From the NCBI GenBank assembly GCA_001179505.1, contig CDMY01001019.1:1-64000 (forward strand): a stretch of DNA of 64,000 nt, in the 5' to 3' direction. The notes beneath the pieces were generated by a model. It was not told where the DNA came from, made no database searches, and worked only from the letters and a program-made list of their open reading frames with translations. Every line of letters begins with the position of its first letter. The stretch's first letter is position 1. Below, piece by piece: positions 43,510 through 56,777 of this stretch. A program made the position numbers and the translations under genes. Source of the stretch: Vitrella brassicaformis CCMP3155 (Eukaryota > Protista > Chromerida).

Positions 43510-46326
43510 GCCCTGTCAGGCGATGAGTTGGTCAGCCTGCTGGCTGACGAGTACGCCACGCGCTACCTCGAGGCCTTTGACATCGAGCCAACACGGTCAG
43601 TAGCGATGCGCAGCAGCTCGATTGCATCTCTCTCCCTTCCCTCCCCTCCCCTGTGACTGTCGTCAGCAAGAACAAAGGCCATGTGCTCAAGGCCATGCCG
43701 CTCTCCAGCTGCACCATGCAGGCATCGTGGGAGACGCAAGGGTAGCCAACCACACACACACACACATACACACAGAATGTCTCTCACACAAAAAGGCCCA
43801 CCGACGCAGCCACTCATTTTGTTGCTCTGCTGTGCGATGCCCTGTCTTGCCTTACCTGCGCACAGCATCACAGCCGCCGATGCCATTACCATCCTTCTCC
43901 CCGTTGCCGGCCAGTCCGGCATGGCGGCTGATGACGCCACACAAGAGGACGAGAAAGCGGCCCCGCCAGCAGCAGCAGCTGCTGCCCGCTCCCTCATCCG
44001 GTCAGCAAGTGCGAGAGGGTCACTGACCAGTGTCGCGGACAAGGGGGCTGGTGGGGCAGCAGTGGCAGCAGCCGGGGCGGGTGTCGCCGGTGTCAAGAAG
44101 CCCTCACGAGCCAAGGTCATGGGGCTTGGCCAGGGGCACTATTTGCCATCGCCCGTCTACCTGGTTGGCGAGATGAAACACACGCAGACTGATGAGATGG
44201 GCGGCATCTGTCTGTCTCTCTGTGTCTCTGTCTGTCTGCACAGGATGTGTCGCCGCCCCCGACTGCCCGTGTGGCGTCTAGTGGTGCGCGAGAGGACCGG
44301 CCGTCATTCTTCGGCGTGGTCAGGGAGGCCGTGACCGACCAGCTGCCGCAGCACACACACATCGACATGCTCGGACACCGCAGCAGAGATAAGGAGAGGA
44401 AGGCCTCGCAGGACGTCAGCCCACGACTGGTGTAAGTGAATTCTGAGCCTTCAACTCATCCTCCATACTGACCATGACTCTCCGACGATCTCTCTCAGGG
44501 CCTTTTTCCAAGCGCTGCGTGACATCCGTGCCGCAGCGGCGGCTCCTCACATTTCCCAGGCCAACGCACAGCTCAAGACTCTCACCACCAAGCCGCCCAA
44601 GCGCGTCATGACCATGTCTCTGCACGACGACGACCGCACCTCCGCCACACAAGATGACGAGAGCCACCAGGGCGCCTTGCTGCTGGGGGGCGAGGGCATT
44701 CGGCGCGGCAAGGAGGCGCGGGAGACGACAGAGAGGGAGGAGGACGCCATTGCGGCGGTGCAGGTGCTGCATTGGAAGTTTCTTTCTCTGAGAGACGACA
44801 CAGGGGGGAGGGAGCCTTCCCTCAGCGATTGGGTGTTGGGGCTGCCCAAAGCCGTCAAGACGGCCCTGCTGACCCAGCCTCTTGACGTATGCTCGCAATG
44901 GAGACACTCACAAACACAGAGGCGAGACATACACCGTGTGTGTGTGTGTATGTGTGTGTGTGTAGGTGCCAGCGGCGCGTGTGCGTCAGGAGCTGGATTA
45001 TCTGGTGTCTGATCCAGGACGGCTGCCAATGGACAAGCTCACGCTGAGGCCCGAGCGGCTCACCGTCGACGTCAAGGAACGAATCGCCAAAATTGTGAGT
45101 GAGCCTGCGCGTGCAGCCGATACACGCACAATCCATTTACGCCAATCCATCCATCCCCCTTTCTTGTGCTGCTCTCTTTCCTGCGGTAGCTGACGAGCGA
45201 TTCGTGTCTGCAGCTGAGCATCTCCTTCGCCCAGTCCCTCAACTGGCACATCGCGGCCCCACTCCTCGCATCAACCCAGCCACTCATCGATGCCATGGAC
45301 GATGCCACGGATATGCCCTCCGTGGCAGCGATCAGCGAGGCCGACCGGCAAGCTCTCACGCTGTCGCTGCACACCACTTTTGCCGTGCTGAGGAAACAAT
45401 GCGCCGTAAGAAACACTACACACACACCTGTGGGTGCTATGGTCAAGGATGTCTGGTTGGCTGGTGACTGCAGGGGCTTCATCCTAAGGGATTGGGTATG
45501 GGGTATGCGATGCCGCTGGTGACCCTGGTGGTGCGGGTGATGGCCGAGTGCATATTCCAAATCGCCTGTCCCATCCTCACAGAGAAACACGCAAACCAAC
45601 GGGTTATCTCCAACTGAGCTGGCCATTAGACAGGTCTGATGTCTTGTGTGTGTCTGTGGATAGCATTTCCTGCGATTTCTCAACCTCGATTTCTATGCCA
45701 CTTTTGACCCCGATCGCAGCTGCTCCAGGTGCCCAGGCACACACACACACATATATATGCGTGTCTCACTCCCTCCACCCACTATGTCTCTGTGGACGTG
45801 TGCAGCTTCCCTGGCCTGGACAGCTGCCTGTCTGAGATGGGTTCCCCGCCACAGCAGCCTCCCTTTGCCCCTACACTCACACGCGCCGTCAGAATGCCAA
45901 AGGAGACTGCACGGACCAGACAGCAGAAGCTGAGAATGAGGAAGCTACGGTGAGCCAAGGAGAGAGGGAGACAGGGAGCGACAACTTTTTCACTTGATGG
46001 CAAGTTGATGCGTGTGTTGGTCGGCCGACAGGACGAGCCCATTGCTGCATCAAGTGTTGGTGAGCGGCGCGTCGGCCACAGATGCACACAATGCATCCAC
46101 CGCTGAGACATCGGCAGAGCAGCCGTCCCACCCGATGTCGTCACCTCTTCCCCCCCTGCCCCTCCCCGCCCACCCGCCATTCACTGTGCCCCACTTGGAG
46201 AGCTGTGCTGTCAATACTACGAGCACCCTTGAGACACACAAGGTGGCGCCCTCCAGCAAGCCCCCGCCGCGAGAAGCGATGCACCCGTCATTGAGCCAGC
46301 GGATCAAGGGGAAGAGGCTAAGATAG
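43510..46326 (+). CDS. Hypothetical multi-exon protein (start may lie at about 43200-43400; internal joins near 45.5 kb uncertain)
   Basis: Series of AG/GT-bounded, largely phase-consistent exons (ALSGDELVSLLADEYATRYL..., VPAARVRQELDYLVSDPGRL..., HFLRFLNLDFYATFDPD...). No family recognised. Confidence 0.55.
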
Positions 46327-47486
46327 ATGGATAGATGAAGACACGCTTTGTGTGAGAGTGTGTGGCAGGGGGAGAGGGAGGGGTCGAGAGGAGTTGAGGC
46401 GTTGCTGGGCGTATTGGTCTTTGTACAGAAATGGCGTGTGTGTGCATAGACGTGCTGCAACGATGTCTGAATGAAAGTGGTGCAATGGTCGATCGTTGAC
46501 CGATCCGTCCCGTTCACCTAGCTGCTCAACTGGTTTCGGGATCAACATCCACAGCCCAGCAAATATAAAAAGTAGGCAACGATGGATGGACGCAATACAC
46601 CTCTGCCTCCCTATCTGCACACGCGTGCCGATCATGCTTGTCTGGTGCCCTCACATTATCAGCCGGCACATTGTCTGGCTCCCTGCCTGCCGCCTTGCCT
46701 CTCGTTCTTTCTGTCTGCTCGCAGCCACGCGCCGCAGAGTGTAGCAGTGTGTGCACCACACCCATCCATCAGCACGCCACGCCCGCCACAGTCCCGCCAC
46801 CAGCATTGTGTGTACATTTCACACAGTATGTATCCATCGATGGAACGAACGCGTCAAAACCTCTCCAATATATATGAATGTCCCGGACACACAGACAGAC
46901 GAGTGAGGCGGCCGCCCTTGATACGGCCGCCCTTGATGACTACGTGTAGGAATTTTGAGCCAGTTAGCTCTTATTATTCATTCAAGCAGTGGGGGCATCC
47001 ACACAACTGACCTCTGACACGCAAAGCCGATCGTGGGGGTCTCGCTGAAGCATGTATTCAATCAGCTCCACGATCGCAGTTCAATCTGTCTGCTCATGAG
47101 GTACTGCGATCTGTAGGAATGGGGCCTTCCGTCGGCACACCCTTCTGACACACAGCACTGAAAAGACTCATACACAGGCATCGGTGGCTGGGTGGAGTGG
47201 ACTGCATCTGTCTGAGAGTGTGTCTGTATGTGTTGTGTTCTTACTCTGTGCATCGCTCTGGCCTGAATGTCAGATGTGTCGGTCGTATGGCTGCGGCGGC
47301 GACAGCAGCACGGTCTTCGTGAGCATATAGAGCAGCAACAAACCTGACTGACGCCCACATCGACGGAGAGGGATACTCTGTGTGTGTGTGTGTGTCTGCT
47401 GAGGGACAATGTGAGAAGCTCCGGGGCAGATCAAAGAGCAAATCCACACGCACAGACACAGAGAGAGTCCGTGTTGCCTACCTCCA

Positions 47487-49889
47487 TCATGTGAGGGGAA
47501 TGATGACGTCTCGCGTGTCCGTATTGATCTCCTGCACATTACCCACAACCAACACAAGAAGTGCGCCAAAGTGTGGCTTTGACAGCGTTCTCTTTTGGTC
47601 GTTCTCTTTTGAGCGGCATTGTTGGTCTCGGGCCACAAAATCGCTCAACAGCCGCTCTACCGCAGTGAAGTGGTTGTTCTGTCGGCCAAAACCCAACACA
47701 AAGCTGCACGCGTGACAGACGAACAGAGACACGTGCAGGATGGAAGCGTCTGTGCATGTGTGATGAGTGGATGTGTCTGTGCCAATCTGTGTGTGTGTAA
47801 GTGTGTGTGTGTGTGTGTGTGTATCATTCGGTCTTGACCCTGACTCACCTCAGTCACGGCGGGGCCGAGGGTGGGTGGGTGGGTGAGCGAAAACCCCAAC
47901 ACAAACCTGGAGACACGTAAAGGATGGAAACGTGTGAGCCTGCGTACGTGCGTGAGAAACATGTGTCACTTGAGCTTGGCGAAGACACCGACAGGCGAAT
48001 ACAAAATGTAAGCAGCGATATCCTCCTTCTCCTGGATCACACAGACACACACAGACACACACAGACACACACAGACACACACACACACACATCCATCCAT
48101 TCCTCAGCCGGTCAGCCGTCATGTATACTACACTATGTAGTGCTGTGCTGTGCTGTGTGTGGTGACAAAGGAGTGTCCCCACGCACCTGTCGGCATCAAG
48201 AGACCGTGTGATGCCGGCGAGAGGGTGATGCTGGTCCATCGGAGTGTGGAACCGCCGAGCCTGCACACAATTAACACATAGGACGGACGTGTCACAGTGA
48301 CCACATTACATTACCCCACCAACCCACTCACACTCGCCCCCGTGTATGTGTGTACTTGCCGTATCGATGGCTCTGGGGAGGTCGCCCATGTGGTAGGCCA
48401 GCTGGCCTCTCGCCTGGCACCCTCCAGCCGCGACTTGACCTTGACCTTGCGCAGCTGCCTGCAGTGCAGTCAGCCAGTTTGGTTGCACACGCACACACAC
48501 GGCAGGCAGGCAATGGATACGCGCAGCGCAGCGCATGTGTGTGTGTGTGTTTCAGTTGCAGACATACATACCCCTCCATGGCCTTGAGGTCAGCTTCCAT
48601 ACTGACGACCTGTCAGACCAGCCAGAGAATACACACACATTGTACGTTCCGTTTGTTGATGCGGCGTCACTGCACACGTGTGTGTGTGCGTGGGTGCGTC
48701 ACGAGCTGAGTGCTCTGTGTCTGTCGGTGTGTACGCACCCATGTCGAGTTGACGTGGTCGTCCCAGTAGGCCTTGACGAAGGCCCATCGTAGCTCGGCGA
48801 GCTGGTCCAGGAGGGCTGCGCGCTCCGACGCCCATGCGGCCTCCTTGGCTTTGAGCTGCGTGTACTGTATCACACACACACAGAGACACAGACAGATACA
48901 CACCCATCCCATCAACCAGTTGTGGTGTGCATGGTGCATGGACGTACGTACCGCTGCCTCGGGTGTCTCCAGACGTCGCTGGTGGTCCCTCTCGGCCGCC
49001 ATGGCCGAACACTGGCGCTCCTTGGCGTCGAGAGAAACGTGCAGCCGATTAAGCTGCAGTGCAGACCAGACACACAGACATTTGCACGCACACAAACGAC
49101 ACGTCCATACCATACACATAATCAGCCCTCTCTCCCTCCCTCCCTCCCTGTCTGTCTGTCTGTCTGAGTACCCACCATGAGCTCAGCCGCCCTGCGTCGG
49201 TGCGACTCGGTGTCCGAACGGCGCCGCTAGAGCTCCAGGAGCGTCTTGTTGGCTGTCTGGCGGTGATGGGCCCGGCGGTCGGCGGCGTCCTTGGCTCTCT
49301 TGGCCGCGCTGAGGTCAGCCCCAATGGTCAGCCCTCAGCCACTCGACAGTCTTCTCCGCCGTCTGCCGGTCCTGTAGGTAAGTAGAGAGAGAGAATGGAT
49401 GACACACACACAACACAACACAACACAGCCAGCGAGAGAAAGAGAGCGAGCCGACAGAATGTTTGCTGTGTGTGTGTGGATACATAATGTTTGATCGACT
49501 GACTGACTGACCGACCCCCTGCAGCTGTCTGACTGCCGTCAGGGCCTCACGGAGCCGGTCGTCCATGGCGAAGGGGTTGGTCTGTACATGCACACACACA
49601 CACACACACATTTCCATCAACCCGAGACCAATCACTGCACCCAACAGATTCTCAGCGAGGATACCTCTGCCAAGAGCACCAGATGTACCAACAACAGGCC
49701 GACTGCGGATCCGTACACACACAGGATGGCGATGTCTGCCTTGGCTGCTGCGTCGTCGGTCAGGCGCGAGAAGCCACACTGGAACCAGCGCCGGCTCTTT
49801 GCTCCATCCCCACGCCCGCCCCCAGTCGCAGGCGCAGCTGCAGCCGCAGCCGCAGCAGTTGATGCACCTGCCGCCCCCTGATCCGACAC
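47487..49889 (-). pseudogene. Degenerate coiled-coil hypothetical gene
   Basis: Coiled-coil exons (DRLREALTAVRQLQ, QLKAKEAAWASERAALLDQLAELR). A 13-nt duplication at 49313-49334 shifts the frame, and there is an in-frame TAG at 49227-49229. Confidence 0.55.
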
Positions 49890-50824
49890 GACAATGGTGG
49901 AATGCCCAGCCGCAGCCGGCAGTCAGAGAGTATCCCCTATAACTGCCAGAGAGTATCCCTTATCACTGCAACACAACACAACACAACACAACACAACAAA
50001 GGCAGCGTCCATCCATGCATCCATCTATCCATCTATCTGTGTGTACCGATATGGCAACGAGTCACGCCGGCGCTCCTCCCGACACTCAACCATCCACCTG
50101 CACACACACATTCTCTCTCTCTCTCTCTCTCTTTTGTCATTCGTCTGTTGTTTGTCTGTTTGTTTGTTTGTTTGTTGTCGTCACTATCAGACTGCCTGAC
50201 TCACCTGTTCCACTGCCTGTGGTGGTGGCTAGACAGGAGCTCCTCTGTCAACGGACCTGACAGACAGACCACAGTGGGTGCATTCATTCTCCATCCATCC
50301 ATATCTCTCTCCCTCAGGCTGAGGCTCTCTCCGTTTCTCACCACTGCCGCTGTCGTGATCCTGGTCAGACTGCTGTCGGTGGCCAATGACGTGGCGCCCT
50401 GCCGGCCAGCCCACTCGTCCATCAATGGCCATGCGGCCAGCTCCGCGTGGCGGGGCCGAGGGTCTCGTCGCAGGGCCGAGGGCGGCCGGATGAGGGTGCT
50501 GCAATGGTCTCATGCAGACCAGACGATGCTGATTGATGATGACGGTGCTCGCTGCCGCTCGAGGGATGGAGATGGAGATGGAGATGGCTGGCCCGAAGCG
50601 CTCCTGGACCACCGCGGGAGAGCCGTCGCGCCTTCGGGCCAGAGGGAACGGACAGACGACCGACCGACAAGAGAGCAATGCTGCAATGCATGCGGTGCCT
50701 AAGCTGAGCTGCTTCTTCCTCCTCCTCGTCCCCCGGATAGAGCCCGAGGGGCGAGCTTTCACGACTCCCGAGCAAGAAGGTGATGCTGTTCGCCTGCACA
50801 CAATTAACGAACGAACAAACCGAC

Positions 50825-50960
50825 AATACAGGCATATCACAGTGACCACATCACATTACCCCACTCGCCCCCGTGTGTGTGTACTTGCCTTATCGATGGC
50901 CGTCCAATACAAGTCGATGGCTCTGGGGAGGTCGCCCCTGTGGTAGGGGAGGGCACTCGG
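50825..50960 (-). repeat. Paralogous exon+intron block, copy of 48291-48400
   Basis: Shared tcacagtgaccaca...ctcgcccccgtgt...tacttgcc.tatcgatggc...ctctggggaggtcgccc.tgtggtagg. Confidence 0.8.
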
Positions 50961-51149
50961 GGGCTTGCCATGAGGCACACGTACGGCACTGTCGACTGGT
51001 CGTCACCAAACAGCTCGGCTTGGGAGACACGTCCATCGAATATAAAATGAAGACAGCGATCTGCGCACGAAAGAGATAAGCTTGGGAGCGTAGACAGAAG
51101 AGGTGTGTGCGGTAGTGTGGCGTCTTACTCTGCTGGCCCTGTGGTGATG

Positions 51150-52660
51150 CTGTCAGCGGGGCGGGCGGAGTGCAGGCCATCAACCACGCACCGCTGGGTC
51201 ACAAATCCCAGCTTCTTGCATGAAACACACAAGAGGGGAAAGCAGCAGGATAAGCCACCCTTGTGCCCCGATGCACTTCTTGTTGAGCGCACCTTTCGTC
51301 TCTGGTGTGTCCCAGTGTGAGTTGAGGGCGCTTTTGAGCTCGCTGATGCGGCCAAACTGGTCTATCTTGATCATGAGGCCCTGAATGAAAGCAAACCAAG
51401 CTGCTGTATGAGACATGAATGATCCATGTCTCTCCGTGCGATGCGCAGCTTACGGCATGTGAAGGCACACCCACCCACGTGGAATATCCCGCCGGCACCA
51501 AACGCATCACACTGGACGCCGGGAGGTGTTGTCCAGCTGGATGTGTGGTGAAGTCCAGCCGGTGAAGTACAGGATGTGCGTGTCTGCCAAGCCCCGAGCC
51601 GCCTCGTCGATACCATACTGTAGATCTGAGGAAAGAAAGGAGTTGCCAAAGATTCCCAGCAGCTCCTGTTGCCTAGGGCGGGTGACGATCTGTGAGCAGA
51701 AAGCTTCTTTTTGAGCGCACCTCTCGGCAGCCGACCTGGTCCATCTTGATCTGCAGGCCGGTGATGGTGGTGAGGCAGGGGCAGCGGCCGAGGACGGCAG
51801 TGAAGCGGGGCCACTGGGCGTCGTCGAAGAAGATGCTGCTGCTCTCCAACCACTTGATCTTGGGGGATGTGGTGAGGAGGCGCACGACGTCAACCGCAGC
51901 GCCCATGCAGAGCTCGTCGACAAGGAGGGTGGTGGGTTCAGGGAAGGTCCAGCGACGGTCACTACAAATACACACACGCGACACCGAGGCATGAATGAGC
52001 GCCGTCCACACTCACTGGCCTCCATGCGTACTTGACGGCGTAGTCTGACTTCATGCTCTTCACTAGCTGCAGACGAGTCAGGTTGGGGAACGTCACGCAG
52101 GCGGGGCGGCGGGTGTCTGCTGGATAGCTGTTGGTCCAGTGTTGGAGTCGAGCGTGAGCTTCACGAGTGTTGTGGCGCAGGCCTCCAGCAGCGGCGACAC
52201 CACATCGGGGACAGCGTGAACCTCCACATGAGCCACCTGGATCTTTCCCTGCACACGCACAGGCGCACGACAGAGAAGGCATTACACGGCCATGTCGACC
52301 GGTATCCCACAGCAGCGCTCTTACCATGTGGTGCAGCTCGCGAAAGTCGTCTATGTCCCAGTAGGCCTCCTGATCGGCGTCCAACATGGTGAAGTGTCGG
52401 AACACGCCATACGTCTCGTCGGTGGCCTTCTCGTGGGTCTCCCTGTTGACGCATGAGAGGCGTGGCCCATGACGGCTGCGGGATGCCCCGACAGACAGGG
52501 ACGACCGTAATCCTCCTGACACACACAATCACACAATGGAGCGACCCATGTCAGAGATGGCCACATCGTTCGTGTGTGTATCACCTCTGAGTCGATGCAG
52601 CCAAGACGGTTGACAAGCAGCAAAGATGCCATCAAGATGAGCTGGTGTAATATGTTTGCA
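51150..52660 (-). pseudogene. F-box/LRR-like pseudogene paralogous to 29.5-32.9 kb
   Basis: DYGRPCLSG..., ATDETYGVFRHFTML, GRCPCLTTITGL, ELKSALNSHWDTPETK and KLGFV match the 30.8-31.8 kb exons, with deletions, frameshifts and a partial internal duplication. Confidence 0.7.
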
Positions 52661-52789
52661 TCCTCCTCACCCTGGAGTGGGTGTCGTCTGGTGTTGACAC
52701 AGAAGCTGACTGCATACCCTTGTCTCCTGGCACAAGGTGTACAACACACAAATGGTCGCCGTGTTGTCCGTGTTTGTCTGCTCTCACTC

Positions 52790-52945
52790 ACCTGGAGACA
52801 CGTAAAAGATGGAAACGTGTGTGCGTGCGACGTGCGTGAGAAAAGTGTGTCTTTCGCACGGTCTTAGCCATCGCGTGAGATTGTCGAAGACACCAACAAG
52901 CGAATATAAAATGTAGCCAGCGATACTCCCCTTCTCCTGGATCTG
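52790..52945 (-). repeat. Paralogous block, copy of 47900-48040 (IQEK..IA.YILYS.VGVF exon + intron)
   Basis: Shared cctggagacacgtaaa.gatggaaacgtgtg...gcgaata.aaaatgta...cagcgata..c.ccttctcctggatc. Confidence 0.8.
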
Positions 52946-54599
52946 GTGCTGCCGTGCTGAGTCGGTGGGCTGGGTGGGCATGGGCAGGGGGCCACTGGGC
53001 TGCAGGGTGGGGGGACGGGTGGGCATCGATGATGGTGATCGGAGTGGATGACGGCAGCGGGGCAGCGCCGCCGCTCTCCAGTCCCAGTCGGCAGGTCTGA
53101 CAGGCAGAGAGCATACAGCAGCCGACAGACAGCAACAGATGAGTGGATGGTACCCTGAGTGGTGCACCAATGTGCCTATGTGTGTGTACGTACCCGCGGT
53201 GCGGGGGCAGTGGTGGTGGTAGCGGTCGGGCGCGCAGTTTCTGTCAGCCAAAGGGCCAAAACACACAGAGAAGGGGCAAAGTATATGTGGGCGAGCGAAT
53301 GAGTGGCGACCGTCTTGGGTGCCTTTCTTACCCTCACACGGGCGACCTCCTGCTCCCATACGGACAGCACAATGTGCCACCTCGCCTCCGTCACTCCCTG
53401 CACACACACACACACACACACACACAGGACACACCAGAAGTGCTTGCTGAACACAATGCCAACCAACACGGCCAGCCAGTGTCTGAGTGACGGCTGGCTG
53501 ACGGCGTCTTCGACAGAGAGCTCGAGAGGCGATGGGGACTTTGGCGGTCGCCTTGTCGTCGACGGCGGCGCTACACACAGAATGTGCTTAGCTGTCCTCG
53601 TTTGTTCCGCTTACCGGCTTTCTGTTTCTTTTCTTGGAATGGAAAAGAGTTGTCTGTGAAGCAGCAAAGGCAAAGTAAGTGCACTCTCACTCTCAACACA
53701 TCATTCATTGGATAGTTGAATACTCCATTCACCTGTTGAGGACTCCGTCGGGAAAAGAGACGGCCATCAGGAGAAAGAACCACAATTCCATCATCTGCAC
53801 ACATGTCGACAGGGCACAGTGACATCACCACAGCAATGAAACGGACCATGCAAAGTCATCCTTGAACATCATCCACATACCATACCGTCACCAGCCAACA
53901 CAAAGACATGAAACGTGTCCTCACCTGCGAGGATGTTTTGAAGACAAAGGAAGGCGTCGTCGCACTCAGTTGACGCCAGACAGGCGTCAGGGAGTCGCCA
54001 GCTGTTCAGCAGACAGCAGGGCGCCACCGCCTGAGGCCTCGCTCGTGGCGCCACGGCGGTAGAGGAAGGAAGTGGCAGACGACATCAGGATGAGTTGGGA
54101 GGGGTAGAAGAGGATGGCGCGGACCACACCAGCCAAAAAGCAGATGGAAAGAAAAAGAAACGGGGGATCTGTGGCCGAAAGAAGGCTGAGAAGCCGAGCG
54201 CGAACGAAAACTGCTAAAAGTGGGACGAAAAATTTAATTTCCCGTCCCGTCTCCAATTCTCGCCGCGTCCCGTCTCCAATTCTCGCCCGAAGACCATTGC
54301 TTGCGTCATCTGTTCGTGGAGCAAAACAGAGGCTGAGACGCGCAGTGGGCGCAGGGGGCGAACAACTGAGCTCGCATCATTCCGGAAAAATAGGCTCGGC
54401 CTTGCACGGGCAGCAGAGTGCTTATTGAGCGTTAGAGGAAGAAACACAACTCTCAGCCAATGGCATTGGAAAGTGACGTTATTTCAGATTGTTGGTCGGT
54501 GGAAAAAGTCAGACATTGGCATACTCTCGAAGCTAACGCGCAGGCCACTCATGCCCGTACGTCTGTCTGCCTGTCGGTCTCTGCGCGTGGTTCCTCTCC

Positions 54600-56626
54600 T
54601 CAGGCGAGCTCCCCCATGTAGATCCTCTTGTCGTTGCTGGCAGACGCAATGACCGGCTCGGTCGGGTGGAAACACACCTGCCCACACGGCCACCCACCCA
54701 CCCACCCACCCACACACATCTTCATGCTTACACTCGCCTCTCTGTCTCATTTATTTCACCTCGTTGACGGATCCTGTGTGCCCCGGCAGCTTGTACAAGA
54801 GCTTCCTCTCCTTCTGCACACACCCACACGCATACACCAATATGTCAAGCAGACACACAAGCGAGCGAATCCATCCGAAGAGTCTCACTCACTCACCGTG
54901 TCGAAGACGTATACGAATCTGTCCGAGGACCCCACCCCACACATGGTGTCAGCGGCGTTCCACCGCACGCGCAGCAGATTCTTCTCGAAATTGTGCTACA
55001 GACAGGACAGCAGACCAGCCACACGCGGGTGTTCAAACATTAGGTGTGTGTATGTGTGTGTGCGCCCATACCAGTGGTCCGGTGAATGCGGTGATTTCCC
55101 TCCGGCTGGTGAAGAACGGCTCGACGTTCCACTGACGTACCGTGTTGTCCATCGAATTGCTCAGCAGATACCGCCTGCATATGCACACACACACACATAC
55201 ACACGACGCATTTGCGCGGCGCGTGCACTGCACGTGTGTGTAGGCTACCCGTCTTTGCTGAGGTCGATGCCTGTGATGCTGTCAGCGTGGCCCTTGAGCG
55301 TCATCTCGGTGTCCTCCTCACCACGACGCATGTCAAACACCTAAACACAGACAGACACGGCATTCACGCCATCACACAAATGGACCCGTGTCCGCGTCGC
55401 TGTCTGCCTGCCTCCCTGCCTCCCTGACTGACCCTGATGGTGTTGTCGAGAGAGCCGGCGAACACACGCTCGGCCGAATCGTCGAACGTCACGGCCAGAA
55501 TCTGGTGGTCCAGGTCAGGTAGGTGGCAAGCAAAGCACACGTCCGCATCTCTATCATTTGGTCAGTCGGAGCGTGTGTGTACCTGATACTGATGCTCGTA
55601 GCTGTTGACGGACCGCCGCGTCCGCAAATCCCACACCTGCACACGTCAACCGACACACCAGTCACACGAAATGGCGTCCATCCAGCCAGCCATCCATCCA
55701 TCCATCCATTCGTCCATTGCACCTTTGTGGTGCCGTCGTCCGCCCCCGAGCACAGCAGCGGTGGCCCCCTCCTGTTGGGACTGCACGAGTTGACCACCGC
55801 CTGGTGACCATCTGCACACACACACACACACAAAACCACACAGACGTGCCTTGAAGGTGGCCGTGAGAGCATTCATCTGTGCGTACTGAATTTCTTGGTT
55901 CGCTGTCCCTCTTCGACGTCCCACACGCACACGCTCTTGTCGGCCGAACACGAGTATATCTGCCTGCAGACACAATGATGACACAGACACAGACACAGTG
56001 TGTGTGTGTGTATGTCTGTGTGTGTGTGGGCGTATGTACGTTCCGTCGTGTTTCCAGTGGATCTCCAGGACGGCGTTGGTGTGGCCTTTGAGCACACACC
56101 AGTTGGGGCACTCCTCGTAGGTCTGCCACAGATCTGCACACACAACCAATGACACACATACCCCTTAGTGTGATCGTTCCATTCATCCGTCCATCCACCC
56201 CATGCGTACATATCTGTTTGTCGAACGAGCCAGAGGCGAGGTTGCGCCCGTCAGGCGAGAACTCACAAGAGAACACCTCACCCTGCAGCCAGACAGACAC
56301 ACCATCGACACCCAGATGGATGCACACACCCAGGTGACGCAAACCGATCAGTGTTCCTCGTCACTGCTCACCTGGTGGCCTGTGAGCAGCATCGTAGGCG
56401 CCAGAATCCCGCTCTTGCGCTGGTTCTGACTCACACACACAACCCAGAACAAACATGGATAGAGTGCGTCCGACAATCCCGCATCCGTCCACACATATAT
56501 CAACACGGATCCCATCCCTTGACATACCGCCGGGACAGCCACCACGCCATCGTACCCCGGGCCGGCAGGCACCACATCCAGCCGCTGCCTCTTCGGCTCT
56601 GGCTCCTCACGCGCTACCAACGCCAT
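54600..56626 (-). CDS. SNRNP40: U5 snRNP 40 kDa WD40-repeat protein
   Basis: Spliced: APTMLLTGHQGEVFSCEFSPDGRNLASGSFDKQI, LKGHTNAVLEIHW, SCSADKSVCVWD, LCSGADDGTTKVWD, LLSNSMDNTVRQW, HNFEKNLLR, LYKLPGHTGSVNEVCFHPTEPVIASASNDKRIYMGEL*, typical of SNRNP40. Confidence 0.93.
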
Positions 56627-56777
56627 GATCTCTGATCACGGCAGATCTGTGTCCACACGTCAACCGCCTGTCCCCCGAATCTCTGTTGTCACGCTCGTCT
56701 TCGCAATCCTCGCCGTTTCCCTCCCCGGCGATCGCTGGAAAGCTCGCAGTAGGGAAAGGCCTGCTAATGCAGTGAAG

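Noticed and set aside
54243-54290. Direct repeat gtcccgtctccaattctcgcc x2 in a microsatellite-poor stretch; possible transposon or CRISPR-like relic
   Set aside because: Only two units, and no terminal repeats, target-site duplication or transposase/RT ORF were recognised.
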